Part shown: positions 43,737 through 54,267 of the stretch, piece by piece
Position numbering within the stretch: the first letter of the stretch is position 1
Layout: the number at the start of each line of letters is the position of its first letter
NCBI GenBank assembly: GCA_007130695.1
Contig: SLRZ01000120.1
Location: forward strand, 2,408 to 66,407
Origin: Nitriliruptoraceae bacterium
GTDB taxonomy: Bacteria; Actinomycetota; Nitriliruptoria; Nitriliruptorales; Nitriliruptoraceae
Reading direction: 5' to 3'
Length of the DNA: 64,000 bases
The notes under the pieces: model-generated
What the model was told of the DNA's origin: nothing
What the model saw: the letters and a program-made list of their open reading frames with translations, nothing else
The model's database searches: none
Translations under genes and position numbers: made by a program

Positions 43737-46214
43737 TCACCTCACCTTGGGTCGCGCGACGGCGACCGGGACATCGAGCATGGTCGTGGGAGGCAGGATG
43801 CGGTGCCGTCGGGCACCGAGCCGCAGGCTGAACGGCGCGGTACAGGTCACCCGCAGGCGGCCGTGTTCGGCGAGAAGGACGATCGGCTGGCCCCGGAAGG
43901 TGAGACGCACGGTCAGTGCCCGCCAGGCCGGCGGCAGGTGCGGGTCCACCGACAGCGACCCGTCCCGCTCGGGCCGGACCCCGAGGAAGCCGTACACGAT
44001 GGCCTGCCACACGCTGCCGGCAGCCGCCAGATGCAGGCCGCCGGCCGCGGATCCGGTGACGTCGTCGAGGTCGATGCGAGCGGCCACCCGCAGCAGGTCG
44101 AGGGCCTCGTCCAGGCGCCCGGCCCGGGCGAGCAGGCCGGCGTGGATGCCGGGGGAGAGCGAGCTGCCGTGTGCGGTGCGGGGGAGGTAGTGATCGAGGT
44201 CGCGTGCGAGAGAGCCGGTCGGCCGGTCCCGGGGCAGGAGGTGGTGGAGCATCAGCACGTCGGCCTGCTTGATCACCTGGGACGCAGCCGTCCGCTCACG
44301 GCCCAGCAGTACCTCGGCCGCGACGGGCGGGTCGGCCAGGTCGCCGATGAGCAGTGGCTCCAGATCGTCGTAGCCGGCGAACTGCACGTGGCGTCCGGTC
44401 ACCGGGTCGTAGCCGTCGAACAGATCGTCGGCGATTCGTCGCCAGGCGGCGGCCTCCTCCCGGAGGGGGCCGGGGTCGCCCGGTCCGACCATCTCGGCTG
44501 CCCGTCGCAGGTTCCAGCGCGCCATGTTGTTGGTGAAGGCGTTGTCGTCGACGGGGGCGTGGTACTCGTCGGGGCCCATCACCCCACACAGGTGCGCCTG
44601 GCCCTCCGCCCCGTGACTGATGCGAGCCGCCCAGTATCGGGCCGTCTCGAGGAGCAGCTGCCGGCCGTCACCCGCTGCGAAAGCGTCATCGGCCGTCCAG
44701 TCGAGGTAATGGGATGCGGCCCAGGCCACGTCGGCGGTGATGTGCTCCTGGTAGCGCCCACTGAGGACCGGCACGACCTCGCCGTCGAACCCGACGAAGG
44801 ATTCGGGCGTGACGTCGCGGCCGTCGCCGGCCGACTCCCACGGAAAGCGGGCCCCGGCGAAGCCGAGTCCGGCGGCCCGCCGGTGCGCGGCCGGCAGGCG
44901 GGCGACCCGGTAGGCCAGCATCGCGCGCGCCGCCGACGGGTGGGTCGCCGCCAGGAACGGGAGCACGAACACGTCAGCGTCCCAGAAGACGTGCCCGCGG
45001 TAGGCCGGGCCGGTCAGGCCCCGTGCCCCCACGGCCGCCTCGCCGGTGTCGGCCACCGAGCTCATCAGGTGGAACAGCGCGAAGCGGACGGCCTGCTGCA
45101 GGCCGGGGTCCCCGTCGATGGTGACGTCGGCCCGCTGCCATCGTGCCGCCCAGTGTCGCCGTTGCTCGGCCAGAAGCTCCTCGAAGCCGACGTCCGCGAG
45201 CGCGTCCAGCCTTGCGCTGCTGTCGGACATCCGCGGTATGCGGTCTCGGCCCTGATCGAGCACCACACGTCGTTCGACGAGTCGTCGGGGGCCTGACTCG
45301 TGCACGGTGTTGGCGCTCATCGCGGCGGCCCAGCCGTCAACGGTCCCGGACACGGCCCATGACCGTTCCGTGTCCAACTGCTCGACCCAGCCCTGCTGAG
45401 CTCCCTGCGGCAGGATCAGGCCGGGCCCCGCTCCCAGTGTTGCGGCGGGGCCCTCCGCCCGCAGCACGCACAGTCCGGGACGTGCCAGCGAGGCGAACCG
45501 CAGCACGCGCAGCGGCGGCTCGTCGGTGCCCTCACGAAGGAGCACGCCGGTCCGCAGATCGAGGGTTCGACGGGTGTCGTCGCCAGGCTGAGGCGGGAGC
45601 GCGAGATGGGCCCATATCGGGCACGGCAGCAGCGTCGGTGTGGCATCGAGACCGTCGCCATCGCCGTCGAGGTAGGCGCCCGCGCCGACGACGAGTGGCT
45701 GCGCGCCGGGGCCGTGTTCCTCCAGCGTCCCGCGGGTGCCGAACCGGCCGTCCGCCTGCGTGTACAACGCCTCCTCGACACGCTCGCGCAGTGGGTCCGT
45801 GGTCGTGAAGACCAGCGTCCACGCGGGATCTGGATCGAGGCGGGGAACGCGCTTCTGCGATCGCAGACGCAGCTGTTCGAACGCGATCGCCCGCAACGAG
45901 GCCATCCCCCCGTCGAACTGCACGACGCGCGGCGGCAGGCCGGGTAGCTGCCCGACCGCCCCGACCACTCCCGGCCCCACACCCCGGGTCGCGAGATCCT
46001 CGAGCTCGAAAGCCACCGTGCCGACCGTGACCACGCCCGGGGCCCCGTTCTCACCCTGTCGCGGCCTACCGAGTACCCGCAGCTCGATACCGGCCTCGCC
46101 CAGATCGGATGCCAGGGCGGCCACGGCCGCGTGCGGGGTCCGGGCACCGGTGGGCCAGCGAAACAGCAGTGCATCCAGCCACCTGGTCGACACCTCCAGT
46201 GCAGTGCTGGACAT
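43737..46214 (-). CDS. Glycoside hydrolase family 65 (maltose/trehalose/kojibiose phosphorylase-type) protein
   Basis: EALYTQADGRFGTRG, LTGPAYRGHVFWDADVFVLPF, ARFPWESA, VDDNAFTN. The first ~130 aa are outside the usual GH65 N-domain, so the true start could be internal (for example ATG 45905). Confidence 0.85.
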   Translation of the reverse strand: MSSTALEVSTRWLDALLFRWPTGARTPHAAVAALASDLGEAGIELRVLGRPRQGENGAPGVVTVGTVAFELEDLATRGVGPGVVGAVGQLPGLPPRVVQFDGGMASLRAIAFEQLRLRSQKRVPRLDPDPAWTLVFTTTDPLRERVEEALYTQADGRFGTRGTLEEHGPGAQPLVVGAGAYLDGDGDGLDATPTLLPCPIWAHLALPPQPGDDTRRTLDLRTGVLLREGTDEPPLRVLRFASLARPGLCVLRAEGPAATLGAGPGLILPQGAQQGWVEQLDTERSWAVSGTVDGWAAAMSANTVHESGPRRLVERRVVLDQGRDRIPRMSDSSARLDALADVGFEELLAEQRRHWAARWQRADVTIDGDPGLQQAVRFALFHLMSSVADTGEAAVGARGLTGPAYRGHVFWDADVFVLPFLAATHPSAARAMLAYRVARLPAAHRRAAGLGFAGARFPWESAGDGRDVTPESFVGFDGEVVPVLSGRYQEHITADVAWAASHYLDWTADDAFAAGDGRQLLLETARYWAARISHGAEGQAHLCGVMGPDEYHAPVDDNAFTNNMARWNLRRAAEMVGPGDPGPLREEAAAWRRIADDLFDGYDPVTGRHVQFAGYDDLEPLLIGDLADPPVAAEVLLGRERTAASQVIKQADVLMLHHLLPRDRPTGSLARDLDHYLPRTAHGSSLSPGIHAGLLARAGRLDEALDLLRVAARIDLDDVTGSAAGGLHLAAAGSVWQAIVYGFLGVRPERDGSLSVDPHLPPAWRALTVRLTFRGQPIVLLAEHGRLRVTCTAPFSLRLGARRHRILPPTTMLDVPVAVARPKVR

Positions 46215-46478
46215 GGGGCTGCCTCGAACGACTCACCGCAAGCGTCCCCCGGGAACCGCGCGGTCGCCCAGAGGCCAACGACCCGTGTCCCCTCGCCGAG
46301 TCGTGCGCCGCGGCGGTTGCGGTCCCGGTGTGGGCAGCCGGCCGCGCACCGGAAGGCGGACTCGGGACATCTGCCCCTGTCCACACGGTCATTGCGCGCG
46401 TTCCGTCGGGGGAAGAACACGTCGGGGTGCCGAGCTGCCCTGACCTCGCCGACCCGGCGGTCGATGGGAGTGAGTGCC

Positions 46479-46649
46479 ATGGAGACTGTGTCAACCCGGA
46501 AGATCCAGGACGCCGGCTACCGCCAGGGCCCGGCGGACGGCGGCCCGGTGGCCACGCCAGCGGACATCACCGGCACGTTGCTGGCCTTCCTGCTGGCGGG
46601 CGTGGGGTCGATGATGGTGATCCTCGTGCTGTGGAGTCTTGGCTCGTAG
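46479..46649 (+). CDS. Possible small membrane protein (56 aa)
   Basis: ATG 46479 has GGGAGTGAG upstream (alternative ATG 46464). C-terminal TM LLAFLLAGVGSMMVILVLW. High GC3. No homology evidence. Confidence 0.35.
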   Translation: METVSTRKIQDAGYRQGPADGGPVATPADITGTLLAFLLAGVGSMMVILVLWSLGS

Positions 46650-46748
46650 GCACGGCGCGGGGTGCGGTACGGGGTCCTCGGGTCGTTCGGCACTTCCGCG
46701 AGCCCGGTCGGTCCTGCATGATCGCCGGGCCCGGTAGAAGGTGCTGGC

Positions 46749-48311
46749 GTGGAGGTGTCCTGGGAATCACTGCCGCCGGATGGCGTCCTCGGCGACCTTC
46801 CCCGAGCGGGCTTCGATCTCGGTGCCGGCGGGGCGGCATCGGTCGCGGAGACGCATTCGGCGGTCGTGTTCTTTCTGGGCGACCGCGCGTACAAGGTCAA
46901 GAAGCCGGTGGACCTCGGCTTCCTCGACTTCACGACCCGTGAGGCGCGGGAGCGGATCTGTCACCGCGAGGTCGAGCTCAACCGCCGGCTGGCGCCCGAC
47001 GTGTACCTGGGGGTGTCCGACGTGCTGGGCTTCGATGGCGAGGTGTGTGACCACCTCGTGGTCATGCGGCGCCTTCCCGAGGACCGGCGCCTGGCGGCCG
47101 TGCTGGCCGCCGGAGAGGACGTCACCGCCGCGCTGCGAGGCGTCGCGCGGCAGGTCGCTGATCTGCACGACTCGGTGGCCACCTCTCGGACCGAACCGGC
47201 GATCGCGCGGGTCGCGACACGCGATGCGGTCGCGCGCAACTGGGCCGACAACCGGGACACGCTCGTGACGTTCGCCGACCGGGTGGTGCCGCGCGCCGAG
47301 CTGGATCGCGTCTCCGCGCTCGCCCGGCACTACCTGGCCGGCCGGCAGCGACTGTTCGACCTTCGTATCGCCGAGGGCATGATCCGCGACGGTCACGGGG
47401 ACCTGCTGGCGCAGGACATCTTCTGCCTGCCCGATGGACCGCGGATCATCGACTGTCTCGAATTCGCCGACCACTACCGGTTCGGTGACGTGCTGCTGGA
47501 TGTGGCCTTTCTCGCCATGGATCTCGAGCGGCTCGGACATCCCGGGCTGGGCATCCGTTTCCTCGGGTTCTACCGGGAGGTCTCGGGGGAGCAGCATCCC
47601 GAGAGCCTCGCCCACCACTATCTCGCCTATCGGGCGCACGTGCGGGCGAAGGTCGCCTGTCTCCGTCACGATCAGGGCGACGCGTCCGCCGCCGAGGAGG
47701 CACGGGGCCTGCACCGCCTCGCGCTGCAGCACCTCGAGCGCGGCCGGGTCGCGCTGGTGCTGGTCGGCGGTCTTCCGGGCACGGGCAAGTCCACCGTGGC
47801 GCGAGCCCTGGCCGACCAGCTGGACGCAGCACTGCTGCGCTCCGACGAGGTCCGCAAGGAGCTGGCCGGGTTGGAGGTGACCACGGCGGCAGCCGCCTCG
47901 TACCGGCACGGCCTGTACGAACCCGAGCAGGTCGGGCGCGTCTACGGCGAGTTGCGCGAACGCGCCCGACACCAGCTCGAGCTGGGGGTGTCCGTCGTGC
48001 TGGACGCCTCCTTCACCTCCGAAGCGGAGCGTGACGCCGCGGCCACCCTCGCCAGCGAGACCAGCAGCAGCCTCGTACAGCTGCGCTGCGTCGCGCCGAT
48101 GGAGGTCGCGCGAGCCAGACTGGCCGCGCGTCCGCCCGGCACCGACGCCTCGGATGCCACCGAGGAGGTGCTGGTCGCGATGGCCTCGGACGCCGACGCC
48201 TGGCCCGAGGCTGCGACGATACGGACCGGCGACGCCATCGACGTCGTGCTCGCCGCCGCCCGGACCGCCGTCCGCGATCAGCTCGCCGCAGCCCCGTTGG
48301 CCACGACATGA
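46749..48311 (+). CDS. Bifunctional APH-fold phosphotransferase / P-loop (AAA_33-like) kinase protein
   Basis: ETHSAVVFFLGDRAYKVKKPV N-terminus. Kinase-fold HGDLLAQDIF. P-loop GGLPGTGKST in the C-terminal third. Confidence 0.8.
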   Translation: MEVSWESLPPDGVLGDLPRAGFDLGAGGAASVAETHSAVVFFLGDRAYKVKKPVDLGFLDFTTREARERICHREVELNRRLAPDVYLGVSDVLGFDGEVCDHLVVMRRLPEDRRLAAVLAAGEDVTAALRGVARQVADLHDSVATSRTEPAIARVATRDAVARNWADNRDTLVTFADRVVPRAELDRVSALARHYLAGRQRLFDLRIAEGMIRDGHGDLLAQDIFCLPDGPRIIDCLEFADHYRFGDVLLDVAFLAMDLERLGHPGLGIRFLGFYREVSGEQHPESLAHHYLAYRAHVRAKVACLRHDQGDASAAEEARGLHRLALQHLERGRVALVLVGGLPGTGKSTVARALADQLDAALLRSDEVRKELAGLEVTTAAAASYRHGLYEPEQVGRVYGELRERARHQLELGVSVVLDASFTSEAERDAAATLASETSSSLVQLRCVAPMEVARARLAARPPGTDASDATEEVLVAMASDADAWPEAATIRTGDAIDVVLAAARTAVRDQLAAAPLATT

Positions 48312-48370
48312 TGCATCGGCGACCTCGCCCGGTCGGCGACCCCGACCGGACCTAGGACGAGGAGGGCAGG

Positions 48371-49378
48371 GTGCGAGCATGGGTGGTCCGCGAACCGGCC
48401 CCCGTCGCCGACGGGCCCCTGGAGCTGGTGGAGGTGCCGGACCCGGCCCCGGGAGCCGGTGAGGTTCGTGTGTGCGTGCGGGCGTGTGGGGTCTGTCGCA
48501 CGGATCTCCATGTGGTCGAAGGTGACCTGCCCGTGCGCCGGGACCGGGTGGTGCCGGGCCATGAGATCGTGGGCGAGGTCGACCGTCTCGGTGACGGGGC
48601 GGCCCGTTTCGAGGTGGGCGAGCGGATCGGCATCCCGTGGCTGCGCGGCACGTGCGGTCGGTGCCGTCACTGCCGGCGGGGGGCGGAGAACCTCTGTGAG
48701 CGCTCGCGCTACACCGGCTGGACGGACCACGGGGGGTACGCGGAGCTCGCCGTGGTCGATGAGGCCTACGCCTACCGGCTTCCCGACGGTCTGGGCGATC
48801 TGGACGCCGCACCGCTGCTGTGCGCCGGGATCATCGGCTACCGGGCGCTACTGCGCTCGAGGTTCCGGCCCGGTGATCGGCTGGGCATCTGGGGGTTCGG
48901 CGGCTCGGCGCACCTCACGGCACAGGTCGCGCGGTCGATGGGTGCGGAACTGTTCGTGGTCACCCGGGGTGAGTCGGGGCGGGCGCTCGCCCGGGCGCTC
49001 GGTGCCGCGTGGGTCGGCGCGCCCGGCCAGACGCCGCCGGTGCCGTTGGACGCCGCGATCACCTTCGCCCCGGCGGGGGAGACGGTCCCGGCCGCGCTCG
49101 GGGCGCTCGATGCGGGCGGAACGCTCGCCATCGCCGGCATCCACCTGTCCGACATTCCGTCACTGGACTACCAACGGCACCTGTTCCGCGAACGGGAGGT
49201 CCGCTCGGTCACCGCGAACACCAGGGCCGACGGCGAGGCATTCCTGGCCATCGCCGGCCGTGTCGGCCTGGACGTGACCACGGTCGCCTACGGCTTCGAG
49301 TCAGCCCGCGAGGCGTTGAACGACCTGGCGCACGGCCGGTTCGCCGGGGCCGCCGTCCTGGACATGCTCGCTGCCTGA
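48371..49378 (+). CDS. Zinc-dependent alcohol dehydrogenase family protein
   Basis: [17 protein letters not shown], structural Zn cluster [15 protein letters not shown], Rossmann GFGGSAH. Confidence 0.9.
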   Translation: MRAWVVREPAPVADGPLELVEVPDPAPGAGEVRVCVRACGVCRTDLHVVEGDLPVRRDRVVPGHEIVGEVDRLGDGAARFEVGERIGIPWLRGTCGRCRHCRRGAENLCERSRYTGWTDHGGYAELAVVDEAYAYRLPDGLGDLDAAPLLCAGIIGYRALLRSRFRPGDRLGIWGFGGSAHLTAQVARSMGAELFVVTRGESGRALARALGAAWVGAPGQTPPVPLDAAITFAPAGETVPAALGALDAGGTLAIAGIHLSDIPSLDYQRHLFREREVRSVTANTRADGEAFLAIAGRVGLDVTTVAYGFESAREALNDLAHGRFAGAAVLDMLAA

Positions 49379-49630
49379 GCAGCCGGTCGGGTCTCGGGAG
49401 AAGAACGGTCCAGGGCTCGGCAGCCGGTCCGAGGACCCGAGGCAGCGCGTCAGCGGCCGGGCTGTAACGCCCCTGCCGTCCGGCATCGCTCGGCGGGCCC
49501 TTCGTCCCTGTCGACAGCCGCGGGCACCCGGTTCCATCGTGCTCACGAAACGGATGCGCTGGCCACCCCCACGGACGACGAACCGGCAGCGACATCGGTG
49601 CCAGCGCCAGTACCGACCGAGGAGAACGGC

Positions 49631-49984
49631 ATGGGTCACTTCCACGAGTCGCTTCGGGAGCTCGGGCCACCGACACGGGAGCTCCGCAAGCGCATCCCCG
49701 ACGCCTGGGGTGGCTTCCTGCAGCTCGCCCAGGGGGCCGTCGCCGACGGGGAGATCCCGGCCCGCATCAAGGAGGCCTTCGCGGTGGCGATCGCCGTGAC
49801 GGACGGCTGCGAGGCCTGCATCGCCCATCACGCGAAGGCCGCCGCGCGTCAGGGCACCACGGAGCAGGAGATGGCCGAGGCGCTGGGTGTGGCACTGCTG
49901 ATGGCCGGCGGGCCCGCCTCGACGATGGCGCCGACCGCCTGGCGGGCGTTCCAGGAGTTCCGGGACGACGAGCCGGTTTCCTGA
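49631..49984 (+). CDS. Carboxymuconolactone decarboxylase / AhpD-like family protein
   Basis: ATG 49631 has GAGGAG upstream. CxxC-type motif DGCEACIAHH. Confidence 0.8.
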   Translation: MGHFHESLRELGPPTRELRKRIPDAWGGFLQLAQGAVADGEIPARIKEAFAVAIAVTDGCEACIAHHAKAAARQGTTEQEMAEALGVALLMAGGPASTMAPTAWRAFQEFRDDEPVS

Positions 49985-50180
49985 CGCCCACACCCGGTAC
50001 GTCCACCACCAAACTTCGAGGGAGGCGCTGAACCGGTCACGCGACCTACCTGTGGCACGATCGAAACGGCCTCCGCGCCCGTCTCGCACGGTCCGCCATC
50101 GCCTATGCGGGCTACCCCGGACCGGCCGTGGCTGCCGCAGCCGGCGCAGCACTCTTCGCACCGTCGGACCCCGCCCCGTC

Positions 50181-50522
50181 ATGTGGGCCCTGGCCGGCGC
50201 CGGCGCGGTCGTGGCCGTACTCGCCCGCACCCCCTGGACCGCGCTCATGGCCGCCGCCACCACTGCCTTCGCAGTCGTGTCGCTGTCCGATCGTGCCGCC
50301 CCCTACGTCGCGGGCGTCACCGCCGCCCTGCTCGTGGCCGCCGGACCGTCCGCCACCGCCAACGCGTTCGCGCTCGCGACTGCACGGCCGCTGTCGGCCC
50401 GCCACGACGCCATGACCGTCCGTGACCAGATGCGCCTGCCCGCACGGTTCGTCGCCTCACGCAGGCTGCCGTGGCTGCAGCGGCGACCGGCTGGACCCTG
50501 TGGCTACCGGCGAGCCCCCTGA
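50181..50522 (+). CDS. Possible Ala-rich membrane protein (113 aa)
   Basis: High GC3 in this frame and 2-3 hydrophobic segments. No motif. Start is a guess. Confidence 0.3.
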   Translation: MWALAGAGAVVAVLARTPWTALMAAATTAFAVVSLSDRAAPYVAGVTAALLVAAGPSATANAFALATARPLSARHDAMTVRDQMRLPARFVASRRLPWLQRRPAGPCGYRRAP

Positions 50523-50596
50523 TGGAGGGTTGAGCTCTCCGGCCCGACGCCTGGCGGTCTTGTTTTCTGCCCGCGCCCCTCGCGGAGTGCCGGAGG

Positions 50597-52117
50597 TCAG
50601 GTGTCCCAGTAGGGGTCCTGCAGTTCGCGCTTGAACAGCTTGCCGGTGCGTGTGCGGGGCAGCTGGTCCCGGAAGTCCACCGAGCGTGGGCACTTGTAAC
50701 CCGCCAGCCGTTGCTTGCAGTACGCGATCAGTTCGGCTTCCAGGTCGGGACCCGCCGCATCGGGATCCTCGGGCTGCACGACCGCCTTGACCTCTTCACC
50801 GAACTCCTCGTTGGGGATGCCGAAGACGGCGACGTCGACGACCCTGGGATGCATGATCAGCTCGCCCTCGACCTCCGCCGGGTAGATGTTCACCCCGCCG
50901 GAGAGGATGAGGTTGGAGCGGCGGTCGGCGAGGTAGAGGAAACCCTCCTCGTCGAGGTGGCCGAGGTCGCCCAGCGTGCTCCAGCCCCGCTCGTCGTAGG
51001 CCGCTGCCGTCTTGTCGGGGTCGTTGTGGTACTCGAAGCTGCCGCCCTCGAAGTAGACGGCGCCGACCTCGCCCGGGGGCAGCTCGTTGCCGTCCACGTC
51101 GACGATGTGGAGCGGCCCGGCCAGGGAGCGACCCACGGAGCCCTTGTGCTCGAGCCACTGGTGGGAGTCGATGGCGACGAACCCGTTGCCCTCGGTGCCG
51201 GCGTAGTACTCGTGGATGACCGGGCCCCACCAGTCGATCATCTGCTCCTTGACCGGCACGGGGCAGGGCGCAGCCGCGTGGATCGCCGCCTCGAGGCTCG
51301 AGACGTCGTAGCGCTCGCGGATCTCATCGGGCAGACGCAGCATCCGCACGAACATCGTGGGGACGAACTGGCCGTGGGTGACCTGCAGCTGTTCGATGAC
51401 GCGCAGCGTGTCCTCGGGATCGAAGTGCTCCATGGCCACGACGGTGGCGCCGAGCCGGTGGATGCCCATGCAGAAGCGCAGCGGCGCCGCGTGGTACAGG
51501 GGCGCGGTGGAGAGGTACACGGTGTGCTCGTCCATGCCGTACAGCAGCTGACCGAGACCTCCGAGCCCCGCGGTGGCGTCCACCGGGCCGCCGGTCAGCG
51601 GTGGCTTGATGCCCTTGGGGCGTCCGGTGGTTCCCGAGGAGTACAACAGGTCCTGGCCCTTGGGCTGCTCGGGCCGCGGCGTGGTGGGTCGATCCGCGAC
51701 GGCCTTGTCGTAGTCGTCGTAGCCGTCGATCGGACCGTCGATCGCGAGCCGGGCGTCGAGGTGGTCGAGCCGGTCACGCAGTGCGGAGGCGACCTCGCCC
51801 TGCGCCGCCGAGGTCACCAGCACCCGCGAGCCGGAGTCCTCGATGATGTAGGTGACCTCATCGGGGGTCAGGCGCGTGCTGATCGCCGTGTAGTACAGCC
51901 CGGAGCGTTCCGCGGCCCAGCACACCTCGAGGAAGCGGGGGTGGTTCTCGAGCAGGATCGCGATCACGTCCCCGGGGCGCAGGCCGAGCTCGTGCAGGTG
52001 GTGCGCGAACTGGTTGGAGCGCTCGTCGAGCTCGCGATACGTCGTGGTCTGGCCGGAGGACGCCATGATGATGGCGGGGTGGTCCGGCCTGGTCGTCGCA
52101 TGGGTGCCTGGGAACAC
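50597..52117 (-). CDS. Acyl-CoA synthetase (AMP-forming, ANL superfamily)
   Basis: GTG 52117 has GAGGAGAGG upstream. YSSGTTGRPKG AMP-binding motif, YYAGTEG, GDLGHLDEEGFLYLADR, and the C-terminal catalytic-lysine motif RTRTGKLFKRELQ. The upstream part of ORF 50597..53248 is rejected. Confidence 0.9.
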   Translation of the reverse strand: MFPGTHATTRPDHPAIIMASSGQTTTYRELDERSNQFAHHLHELGLRPGDVIAILLENHPRFLEVCWAAERSGLYYTAISTRLTPDEVTYIIEDSGSRVLVTSAAQGEVASALRDRLDHLDARLAIDGPIDGYDDYDKAVADRPTTPRPEQPKGQDLLYSSGTTGRPKGIKPPLTGGPVDATAGLGGLGQLLYGMDEHTVYLSTAPLYHAAPLRFCMGIHRLGATVVAMEHFDPEDTLRVIEQLQVTHGQFVPTMFVRMLRLPDEIRERYDVSSLEAAIHAAAPCPVPVKEQMIDWWGPVIHEYYAGTEGNGFVAIDSHQWLEHKGSVGRSLAGPLHIVDVDGNELPPGEVGAVYFEGGSFEYHNDPDKTAAAYDERGWSTLGDLGHLDEEGFLYLADRRSNLILSGGVNIYPAEVEGELIMHPRVVDVAVFGIPNEEFGEEVKAVVQPEDPDAAGPDLEAELIAYCKQRLAGYKCPRSVDFRDQLPRTRTGKLFKRELQDPYWDT

Positions 52118-52378
52118 GTCGTCTGCCTCTCCTCGCCCGACCGTCGGCGGCCCACGACACGCCGCGTCGACTCTCCCTCTCGCGGCGACAACGGTAGTAG
52201 AGCGGCCACCGTGGCCATACCCGGCGGTATCGAATGGCGGGTGCCATGCCGTGCGTTCACTAGGGTGCTGGTCGGGAGCCCGCTGAGCGGGGGAGTACGC
52301 GAGCGACACCGCAGCATGCCGTGGGTCGCCCCGACGTCGCGCGCCGCTCGTGTTCGAGGAGACCAGGAAGGTGCGCTG

Positions 52379-53215
52379 ATGCCGATCGACCCCAACGCCG
52401 TCGGAACGACGTCGGAGCCCGTCGAGCGGTCGTGGACGTCGAAGGACGGTCTGCTCTACGCCGTCGGCGTGGGCGCCGGGACGCAGGAGCTGCCATTCGT
52501 CTCCGAGAACAGCAGTGGCGTCGAGCAGCAGGTCCTGCCGACATTCGCGGTGATCGTCGGAGGCGGTGGGGGCGGCGCCATGCGCTCCGTGGGCGACTTC
52601 GACTTCAGCAAGCTCGTGCATGGTGAGCAGTCCGTCACGCTGCACTCGCCGATCCCCGTCGAGGGCCGTGTGCGCACGGTCAGCAGGGTCGTGGGCATCT
52701 ATGACAAGGGCTCGGGTGCGGTGATCGAGACCGAGGCCGAGTCCGTCGACGCCGAGACCGAGGAGCCCCGCTTCAGTACGCGCTCCGCGGTTTTCATCCG
52801 CGGGGAGGGCGGCTTCGGTGGAGACCGGGGGCCGTCCAAGCGCACCGGGTTCCCCGAGCGCGATCCGGACCACACGGTCACCTACCAGACCCGCCCCGAG
52901 CAGGCACTGATCTACCGCCTGTCGGGCGACCGCAATCCGCTGCACTCCGACCCGGAGTTCGCGAAGCTCGCCGGCTTCGACCGGCCGATCCTGCACGGGC
53001 TGTGCACCTACGGCTTCACCGGCCGGGCGCTGCTCCACACCCTGTGTGACTCCGATCCGGCCAGGTTCATCTCGATGTCGGGGCGGTTCACCAGTCCGGT
53101 CTTCCCCGGCGAGAAGCTCGAGGTCGCCATGTGGACCGACGGCGGCCAGACGGTGTTCGAGACGCGCGGCGAGGACGGTCGCAGCGTGCTGACCGGCACC
53201 TGCGAGACCAGCTGA
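52379..53215 (+). CDS. MaoC-like double hot-dog (R)-specific enoyl-CoA hydratase
   Basis: ATG 52379. YRLSGDRNPLHSDPEFAKLAGFDRPILHG hydratase motif in the C-terminal hot-dog. Confidence 0.9.
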   Translation: MPIDPNAVGTTSEPVERSWTSKDGLLYAVGVGAGTQELPFVSENSSGVEQQVLPTFAVIVGGGGGGAMRSVGDFDFSKLVHGEQSVTLHSPIPVEGRVRTVSRVVGIYDKGSGAVIETEAESVDAETEEPRFSTRSAVFIRGEGGFGGDRGPSKRTGFPERDPDHTVTYQTRPEQALIYRLSGDRNPLHSDPEFAKLAGFDRPILHGLCTYGFTGRALLHTLCDSDPARFISMSGRFTSPVFPGEKLEVAMWTDGGQTVFETRGEDGRSVLTGTCETS

Positions 53216-53238
53216 CCCCTGCAGACGAGGACCCACCG

Positions 53239-54267
53239 GTGGACGCACCCGACGGACTCGATCCCGCCGCCGTCCAGGGATGGTTCGACCGCCACGTCCC
53301 TGCGGCCCAGGGGGAGCTGACCTACGAGCTGCTCGCCGGTGGGCACTCCAACCTCACCTTCAAGGTGACCGATGCGGCCGGCCAGCGGTGGGTCCTGCGC
53401 CGACCGCCGCTCTCGTCGCGCCTGGCGACCGCCCACGACGTCGGCCGCGAGTACCGGGTGATGTCGGCGTTGCAGCCGACACCCGTTCCGGTGCCCGAGA
53501 TGGTCGGCCACTGCGAGGACGAGTCGCTGATCGGCCAGCCGTTCTTCGTCATGGGCTATGTGGACGGGCACGTCCTCCACGATCGCACCGTGGTGGAGCA
53601 GCACCTGCCCAGCGATGCGCGCGAGCACGCCGCCTACCGACTCATCGACGTCCTCGCGGACCTGCACGCGGTCGACCCCGACGAGGTGGGCCTGGGTGAG
53701 CTCGGCCGTCGTGAGGGCTACGTCGAGCGCCAGCTCAAGCGGTGGCACAAGCAGTGGGAGTCGCTGCGCACGCGTGACCTGCCGGTGGTCGAGCGGGTGC
53801 ATGAGCGGTTGGTGGAGGAGGTGCCCGAGCAGGGACCGGCGACGATCGTCCACGGCGACTTCCGGTTCGGGAACACGCTGACGACCTCGGACGGCGACTG
53901 CGCCGCCGTCCTCGACTGGGAGCTGTGCACCCTCGGTGACCCGCTCGCCGATCTCGGCTGGTTCCTCACCTACTGGGAGCTGCCCCAGGACGAGGGTGGC
54001 GTGAACGACACCGCGCCGACGCGCGCCGGTGGCTTCCCCTCCCGTGAGCAGGTCGTCGAACGCTACGGGCAGCGCACCGGGCGTGACCTGTCCCGACTCG
54101 CCTACTACCAGGCATTCGCCGCCTGGCGCATGGCCTGCATCATCGAGGGTGTCTACTCGCGCTACCTGAAGGGCGCGCTGGGGGACACGCCCGAAGGCCT
54201 CGACGCCTTCAAGCGCACGGTCGAGCGCAGCGCCGAGCAGGCCGAGCGCCTGTTGGCGCATCCTTGA
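53239..54267 (+). CDS. APH-fold phosphotransferase family protein (the type associated with acyl-CoA dehydrogenase loci)
   Basis: LAGGHSNLTFKV...WVLRRPP and VHGDFRFGNTL...VLDWELCTLGDPLADL. Start is a tentative GTG 53239. Confidence 0.8.
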   Translation: MDAPDGLDPAAVQGWFDRHVPAAQGELTYELLAGGHSNLTFKVTDAAGQRWVLRRPPLSSRLATAHDVGREYRVMSALQPTPVPVPEMVGHCEDESLIGQPFFVMGYVDGHVLHDRTVVEQHLPSDAREHAAYRLIDVLADLHAVDPDEVGLGELGRREGYVERQLKRWHKQWESLRTRDLPVVERVHERLVEEVPEQGPATIVHGDFRFGNTLTTSDGDCAAVLDWELCTLGDPLADLGWFLTYWELPQDEGGVNDTAPTRAGGFPSREQVVERYGQRTGRDLSRLAYYQAFAAWRMACIIEGVYSRYLKGALGDTPEGLDAFKRTVERSAEQAERLLAHP

